A stretch of DNA of 64,000 bases from the human T2T-CHM13v2.0 reference genome, Homo sapiens: NCBI RefSeq assembly GCF_009914755.1, contig NC_060928.1, one strand, 5' to 3'. Both the position numbers and the translations under genes were made by a program. Shown here piece after piece: positions 55,244-64,000 of the stretch (positions within the stretch are counted from its first letter, which is position 1; each line of letters opens with the position of its first letter). The notes below the pieces were generated by a model. That model saw only the letters and a list, made by a program, of their open reading frames with translations, had not been told where the DNA came from and searched no databases.

Positions 55244-56569
55244 TTAGTATTTCTATTTGTTAATAATTTTTTAACCTCTTGCAAGGCCTACCTCATACTC
55301 TTTCACATGGTATTTTTTTCTGCACTGTATATCCAGTCCGATGCCTTACATATGAGTAACTGCCTAACAAGCCACATGGAACAAATTCTTAGGTCTTGCT
55401 CCTGGTAATGATTTCTCCATTGGGGAAGGATACAAATTATTTTCCCCTTATCTAAGACATTTATTACTACTCATAAATTTCTGAGAATGCAAGTAGCTTT
55501 GGGGATACCTTTGTTAGATCAAGGATCATCCTCACCCCTTCCTTTTCCTTGGGGAAGGACTAATTCAGGCTTCTGTGAGGATAATGTTCAGTGTTATTTT
55601 CTCATTCCATTATCCATCCCTAGGTCTTTTCACTTAGAATCTTTTGCAGATGTATAAATAGCATTGTTTCCCATGAAAGGGAAACTTGCCTTTAGCAAGC
55701 CTCCGAACAGTTGTGCTCTGCACCTGCAGTAATAAAATTCGAGAGAGATAATGTACTGAATTTTAATCACATGTTGCCTTGTTACATATTCACTGTTTAA
55801 AAACATTTCCTTTTTGTGGAGTTGTTAGTAAAAGGGTGGTGTTGCCAATTAAGCCACCAAACAGCTTAGGGAGTGATTTTACACTGGGGAATGATTATAG
55901 TCTTGTGTAAAAATAGCAGACTCTTTGGTTAAAGTGAAAATGTCTAGTAAACAAGCTTGATGAAAGCCCATCTCACCAGAAATGCTTCAAATATGCATAT
56001 GTATGTGTTTGAATTTGTGGATGAAGTTGGGTTTTTGTGCAAGTACACAAAAGAAAGGGATCATTTAGTCAACAGCTATGTATATAGAAATTTTGAGCAC
56101 ATCAGTATGTTTAATAAAATTGACCACCAAAGACAGCCTAATAGAGTTACCAGAGCTTTTAGTTTTCTTGTTTTTTTTTTTTAGTTTGACTTTAAAAGAC
56201 AGTCTGACATTTAACATGTTAACTATTTCTATATTTATCTGAACATATTCATGCTTATTTAATAGACATATTCTCAGTTGTTTTTTGAAGGGAACTATGA
56301 AAGGAAAAAAGATGTTATATTTAATAGCCATTTATATTTACTATATATGCTAATATGATCATTACATTATGTTTTGCTATGTTTTCTGGAAGGTTTTTGA
56401 TAGTTTTTATATTGGAATATGGAGTTTTCTAAGAATTTCTAAAAGGAATGGAAATGAAACTATCTATTGTTCTTCATCCTCAAGAAAAAAGTAAATCTAC
56501 AAGCTAGAATACAGTGAATTTAGGTTATACATACATTAGAATTTCAGAGATTCAGCATTGCTGGTTTGA

Positions 56570-56860
56570 GGTTTTCCAAACTTGCCTGTTCATAAGAATC
56601 TTCTGCACATGTTTCTTACTAAAATTGATTCTTGGGTCGTCCAGCCCTACCAAACCAGAATCTCCAGGGAGAGGGGCCTAGGACTCTATATGTTTAGCAA
56701 GCACTTCTGGTGATTCTTATGCTCAAACAAATTTAACAAACATTGGATAGTGGTTAAGAGCAAGTGTTTTGGATTAGAATGCCTGAGTTAGATTCTTGGT
56801 TTCACCACTTCTTAACAAGGTACTGTGGGGAAAGTATCAACAGCTTTAAGCCTCGGTTTT
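56570..56860. mobile_element. MER5-like hAT element followed by MIR fragment
   Basis: ggttttccaaacttg...agaatctccagg...gattcttatg; then gtggttaagagca...agcctcggttttc. Confidence 0.55.
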
Positions 56861-58568
56861 CTTCCTGTTACCTATGACTCTGTCCTGACACTCTTAATCC
56901 TTGTAGTTAATTCAAAGAAAAAACTTTTTGTGTGTGAGTATAAAACGATTTTTTTCTAAATAGTTTTTGAGTATTATTTGTCTTTTATGTTGATATCTAG
57001 GTTTCTTTCAAGAGTAATAAAATGTAGATCTATAGGCTTATGTCCATTCAAAATGAGTATTAATTAAAGCAATCGTTCTTATCAAACTTGTCATCAGTAA
57101 AATAATTTCCAACAACAGATGCTTTGAGGAAAACGGGATATCACAAGCAAAAGAATTTGAGGAAATGCTGTAGTAATCTCTCATTTTTCTGTATTCATAT
57201 AACAACAACTCTGAAAAGTTGTATAGTAAGGAACACCTGCTTAATTTTGTTTAATCCAGCATTTCTCCAGCTTATTTAACCATATAATTCCTTTCCACCA
57301 ACATATTTTATTTTATTTTATTTTACTTTGTATATCACTGATTAACATTTTTAGCCTACTGTTATCTTTTAAGATCAATTTTAGGTTTGGAAATATAAAT
57401 TTAATTTATTTAGTGCCTATATGTGTGAAATATTATTATTGCTATGCAATTATATAACTAATCTTTTCTTACCTTTTAAAAGTAGTAACAAATCTTTAAC
57501 TTGGCTGTTCTTTCCTATGTGAAGTCTTCTTAACCTGAATCTCACGGACCTTTTCAGGTTTCAATAAATGACATGAATAGTCCCAAAATTGTGTGTGGCA
57601 TTTTGTGTGTGATATGCACATTTCTGTAGAAAGGGCTCATTGTTTTAAAATTGGATCCTCAAAGAGTTATGTGGCCCGTGAAAGATTAATACTCACTCCT
57701 ACATAGGAGGTAATTGCCACTGTTAGGTTGTTTTTCCCTTTCTAAATCAAGGAGCTGCATTAAACAGCAACTTAAGTGTTGAAACAAGATAGAAAAATAC
57801 ATTAGAATACATTGGTGAAGGCATTCAGGACATTTTATTTTTATTTCAACTGCCTATAATGCTTAGAATTTCTTTATTTTTAGATATTAATAGTGATTTA
57901 AACTTTATTTTTCTTTATTGCTTCAGATTTTTGATATTTATTAATTTTTATCTATTAATTCACAAATGGTCATTAAATAACTACCATTTGCCACATATTA
58001 GATACAGTGAAAAACAAAGAACCATTGGGTGATTGTAAGGAACAGCTCTTAATTTCAACCTTTTTATTTCTCAGGAGACAATAAAGTTAATATGCTAGAC
58101 AGCAAGCCACTGCAGAAACTAGTGGCTCAATAAAAACAGAACTCAAAGAAGTGAGTTTTTGGCAGAGTTTGTAGAGTGGTTCTACACCTTACCCCTGTTT
58201 TTGTTACCTCTTTTGGTATCTATTCTGATGCTATTATTCCTTGGCTACATACTATATCTCCTCTAATAAATGACTGTCCTTTTGTTTCTAGTTTAATTCT
58301 TAATTTGAGCCAAGTTCCTACATTCATTCTGCTACTATCCCTATTCATTCAATGTCTTTTTAGAAAAAGCCTATTCTAAATTGGAAACAGGCAGGGAGTA
58401 TTCTTTATCTGTAGTAATCTGCACCTCCACCTTAGTAGCAGCATGTTTTAACCAGCTGAATTACTCTGGGAAAATAATGCATAAATATAGTAACATATGA
58501 AGAAAATGTTTCCTCGTGAGAAAAATGAACTAACTATGTTAAAAGTATTTCAGCAGGAATAACATTGC

Positions 58569-58880
<312 letters not shown>

Positions 58881-60169
58881 AACATTGCATTCTTTTAAAA
58901 TGAAAACATGAATAGAGGTAAACTAATATTTCCAGAATTATTGACACTCTGTACACAATGTGTGTGTTTTTCTTGGCCTTAAACATTTTTTTCCAGTAAA
59001 TCAGATTCATTCTATTTGGCAAGATTTTTAGAAAGAGCATGAGGTTATTTATGGGATGAGCATTTGACAAGTTCACACAATGTATAGTTCAGAGTTCAAA
59101 GTTGAAATTACAGTACTGTTTTCTTGATGAGCTTTCTCTGGCAAATTGCCTGTGAAAATTCTGGTAGGTTTCCATACATCCCACCCAGTATTCAACGAAT
59201 ATTATAAAATCACTCATCAGCTGGGACTAATTGCTCTGGAGTTATTTATCTGAATAATATTAACTCTTTATTAGCCTTGTTGAAACAATAATGAAACAAT
59301 AAGGGCACATTTAATTGAAAGAATCATGTAGTCTTTTGCCTATAAATTGGAGAGAAAATACATATTTTACTTGTATCATTGAGAACAGAAATATTTTAAA
59401 CAATTATAAAATTGGTAAGATATATCTTATGTATCTTAGTATAAAATCTAATTAGAAACTTTCCAGAAATGTTTCTCCTTTAACTTCATTTAATGACACA
59501 TTTCTGTTGCATTTTACTGTGCCATCAACATTCCACACTTGTTAATTTATTTTGGTGGCTGTGGTGCTGAAATTTTATGTCATTTTTAACTGTGAGCTCA
59601 ATTTTATGGAAATTTTATACATCTTTGGGTAATGTGGACTGAGCTTGGTTATTATAGCATTACTCTGAAATTTGATATTAAGAACATGAGCATGCTATGA
59701 AATGTTGAATAACTATATCATAGTCAATCATAATAACTATGTAATAGTTATTCAGCAGATTTGTAATCATAACTATGATTCTATATGATTCTAGTGGAGT
59801 TCTTTAATGTCTTTTAATAGAGTGAAATGTTGCTTCTTGAAAGAAGTTGATTTGGGGTTAAGTATTTTAATTTGTAATATGTCATTGTTAAAAAAAAATG
59901 GCCATATTTGTAAAGGCACAAGGCTGAGGTAAAATAAATAATCTGGATGCTAAAGAGGGCATTAGGAGTAAACAATTTTATGTTTATTTCCAAGTTTTTT
60001 TTTATGTATACCATCACTCACTCTGAATTTTGAATTTCCAATTGGTGCTATCTAGAATATGAAGCTTTATAGCAATCTTCTACATTTTTAAATCTAATAA
60101 GCATTTTATGACTATACAGTATTTTCCATTATATTTTATTTTGGGTTTTCATATTTTTATTCATAAATG

Positions 60170-61290
60170 AGATTCATTTATTTAATATATTTTTTACTAA
60201 ACATGAATTATGTACCAGGTACTGTTCTAGTCCCTGAGAATTTATTAATGACAAACACAGAAAAAATTCTTGGCATAATGAAGTTTTCATCACAGTGAGA
60301 TTGAGGACAATAAACAAAACAAACAAATCCATTGGCCAGTTCTCAGTCCTCATCTTATTTGACTTGTCGGCAGCATTTGACACTGCTGATCTATTTCTCT
60401 GCCTTGCAATACTTTCTTCACTTAGCTTTGGGATTTTCCCAAGTTTTCATCTTTGACTGTTCGTTCTCAATTTCCTTTGCTGGTTCCTCTTTATCCTCTG
60501 AATTTCTTAATGTTGAGGTGCTCTGGGGATCAGTCCTTGAACTTCTCTAGCTTGCCTTCATTGCATATTTGACTTAGGTCACAAGGATGTTTGATTATGT
60601 GTTCATTAGCAGGGCTTCAAATACACTCTCTAACAACTTCCTACTTCTTAGTCTTCAATCAGATCTCTCCCCTAAACGCCGTTCTCATTATCAGTTTACT
60701 CCACTCCTCCTCTTGACTATCTAGTACATAGAGACTCCTGAGCATCCCTTCTAAACCTGCTCATCCTGCAGGTTTCCATTCAGTACATGGCATCCCCAGC
60801 CAAAAATCTAGGAATTATTATTTGCTTCTCTCTTTCTCTCTCAGCACATCTCTATCTAATCTATCATCTTTTTACCTCATTAGCCCTAGCTTTCTCCGCT
60901 TCAGCCATTCTAGCCTCTTTGCTGTTCCTTTGGTCCTCCAGATGTTGTCCAACACCAGGGCCTTTTTTTGTGGGAACCTTTTCTTCCAGATACCCAAATG
61001 GTTTAGTCCCTCACATCCTTCAGGTTTGTTTCCCACATTCACCTTCGTGAGACCTCCTCTGACCAATCCATTTAAAAATTACTGCCCTCTTCCTTCACAG
61101 CAGCTGTCTCTTCCTTATCTATATTCCCTGTTAAGGTTTTCTTGGTTGCATTTACCCTGTCTAACATAGTACATATTGTACTTACTTTGTGGTTATTGCT
61201 ACCTCCTTCCTCTACTAGAATGTGAGCTCCTTGGGCAGGATGTTTTATCTGTTTTGTTCAGTAACTGGAATGGTATCTGGCATTCCGGAC
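60170..61290. mobile_element. L2 fragments
   Basis: tcctcatcttatttgacttgtcggcagcatttgacac and ctactagaatgtgagctccttgggcagg are L2 motifs. Confidence 0.65.
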
Positions 61291-61339
61291 TCAATGCAAT
61301 GTGGGCCTCTAGTAGAAGAGGAACCAAATATTTGCAAGG

Positions 61340-61620
61340 CTTTTCTTCCTCATTCCCTCTCTCTGTTCTTTTCCTTCCTTCTTTCCTTCCTTTTTTCCCT
61401 CCATCTCTCCCCCCCTTCCTTCCCTTCTTCCTCCCTCTCTTCCTTTCTTCCTTCCTCCCTCCTTTTTTCCCTTCCTCCCTTCCTTTCTTTGCCTCCCTTT
61501 TTGCCTCCCTCACTCCTTCCCTTCTTTCCGTTTCCTCCTCCTCCTCCTCCTGTTTCTTCTCTTCTCCCTCGTCCTTCTCTTCTTTCCCTTCCCCTTCTCC
61601 TTCTTCTCCTTTTATTTTTC
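61340..61620. repeat. Polypyrimidine/polypurine (CCTT/CCT-rich) simple repeat
   Basis: About 280 bp almost entirely C/T on +. Confidence 0.95.
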
Positions 61621-62189
61621 TTAAGAAACTTGGAGAAGCCACTGAGTTAAGGCCAATTTTCTATATCTAGCCCTCTGTTTGGATTGGCAGCCGCTTGGTT
61701 ATAGGGAAAAGCTGTGTCTAGTCTTCCTGAGGCATTGTCAAACTAGGACATCACAGAGAAGCCTCTTCACCTTCGGGGTCACTGCTCATTAACCCTATTG
61801 TTCAAACTCTGCAGCTGGCAGCTCAGTAGCCATTGAATGCCATTGATATGTGGCTATAAAAATTATTCTGTTTTGGGAGTGGCTTATTCTAATAGTGAGT
61901 GTTGGGGCTGCAGCATGCCAACATGGTCCTGGATGGCTTTCCTCTACTTCCTGTGATACTGTGCTACTTTCACAGAAGAGTTTGTTGTTCTCTATGCCAA
62001 TTCATTGTCAGCTCTATAAGGATAGGGACATTTTCTGAATAACAAGGCCCACTTGGTTCACAAAAATAACACAGTAAGTATTTTTTGAATAAGTTAATGT
62101 AATAATCTCACTTATAGATAGGAAAATCTAAAAGAAAATCAAAATGGAAACTATTTTATGATTGCAAAATATTAGGAGTCAACACTTAG

Positions 62190-62493
<304 letters not shown>

Positions 62494-62582
62494 CTTTCAT
62501 TTGTTTTATTTATGCTATTTCTAAAAGACAGTCTTTTTAGCACAAGTTTTTCAGTTCACATGCAATTTACACTCTATTTTTT

Positions 62583-62867
62583 TTTTTTTTTTTTTTGAGA
62601 CGGAGTCTCACTCTGTCGCCCAGGCTGGAGTGCAGTGACTCAACCTCAGCTCACTGCAAGCTCCGCCTCCCAGGTTAACACCATTCCCCTGCCTCAGCCT
62701 CCAGAGTAGCTGGGACTACAGGCGCCCACCACCACGCCTGGCTAATTTTTTGTATTTTTAGTAGAGATGGGGTTTCTGTGTTAGCCAGGATGGTCTCGAT
62801 CTTCTAATCCACCCACCTCGGCCTCCCAAAGTGCTGGGATTACAGGTGTGAGCCACCGTGCCCGGCC
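62583..62867 (-). mobile_element. AluY element
   Basis: AluY diagnostics (gcaagctccgcc, gggactacaggcgccc, ttagccaggatgg); TSD tacactctatttt at 62568 and 62868. Confidence 0.92.
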
Positions 62868-64000
62868 TACACTCTATTTTTTATATACTTTCTGTGCAAG
62901 GTAATAAAAATCTAGAGTTGGAGGGAGGGGAATAAGTATTCTTAGCTTCCCATCTTTCCCAGAATATTTTCATCAATGTTTATTTTTAATTAAAAATACC
63001 TCTCACCTTCTTTACTCATCTTATATTCCTGATAGAGCACTGATTGACTTTGTTCATTCTCAGAGAACAAAGATTTACTCTCATCAAGAAGACTTTAAAA
63101 GATACCTGTTCTTGATGTGGCATGGCAGATATTGAAAAGTTATTTTTCTGAACTCATTGTCCTTAATTTATCCTGTTCATCTGTTAGTTCCTACCTATGA
63201 AAAACCACAGAGGAAAAAAAAAGATTCATAAAAGGCTGAAGTTACATTATTTATCCCAAGGTGTTATATTCTGGAAACCATGGAGGTACCCTGTACTTGA
63301 GTAATTAAAACAAGCATTTTATGTGTATAGATGATACATTTCTCTTAATTCATAAACCACCTTCTAAATATCTCAATATGTACAGCTGTGTATTCCTGAA
63401 CATGATCTGTGGTGATAGCTTAATTCTGCTCCTAAGAATGAAAAAATAAGAAAGAGAAACATTTGTGGGAAAATAGAAAGAATACTTTACCTTAAAAAAA
63501 CGAACACTTCGAGTTCTGCTTTTCTCAGTTTCTCAAAACTATAATTGAATATTTTATTCTTCAAATAAAAGCACAGATGGCTTTAATGATTGTAAATAAA
63601 TAGTTCACTTGGTTGTCACTGATTTAAATTACTTAAAAAATCAAATTTTAAGCAAATAATTATAGGTCACATGTAATTTTTTTTGCTAAAATCTTAAGTA
63701 TGGAGTATTTGGCTACCAACTTTGTACAATGTAACATTTTATAAATAAGTAGTAATTAATTTATTTGCTCTCAGAGTAACTTTTTCTTTCAAGCACGTTA
63801 AAAAGAGGATACCCAATTAAAAATTATTTGAAGTTATAATATTACATTAAGACAACAGTTTAATTTGGAAAAGTTTATTTTCTCTACACTCACTGGGAAT
63901 TTTGTAACCAGTATCATCAGGTAAAAATGCTGTCAACCTCTTCTGTTTGAGATCATGTGTCATACTTAAAAAGTCTCTTCAATGTGTAACACATTTATAG

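Noticed and set aside
61176-61670. Low-complexity ORFs of 140-164 aa
   Set aside because: Produced by the polypyrimidine repeat.
63106-63194. Possible minus-strand exon (tttttcatag ... ACAG|gtatct)
   Set aside because: Weak donor, stops in all frames and no supporting neighbours.

Overview
Primate, most likely human, repeat-dense DNA with no intact protein-coding gene. The human call rests on an AluYa5-like element with near-consensus sequence. The main non-transposon feature is a nearly full-length, intronless processed pseudogene of ZNF341 on the minus strand (15552-18834), with a poly(A) tail, an AATAAA signal and an 11-bp target-site duplication (TSD). Its 3' half keeps CpG-island-like CpG density while its 5' half has decayed, and it holds a long ORF kept open by compensating frameshifts. 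The rest is transposon-derived: ERVL internal remnants, two full-length MaLR proviruses (MSTA, THE1A), several solo LTRs (THE1, MER41B, MER50, MER34/39-like), a 5'-inverted (twin-primed) L1PA, older L1M, L2, L3 and MIR fragments, Tigger3 DNA transposons, Alus and two long simple repeats. Several local template-switch-type duplications and inversions are visible. Most elements lie on the minus strand, hinting that the window is an intron of a plus-strand transcript. Subfamily names and the ZNF341 comparison come from recalled consensus and protein sequences, not a database search. Boundaries of old repeats are approximate.
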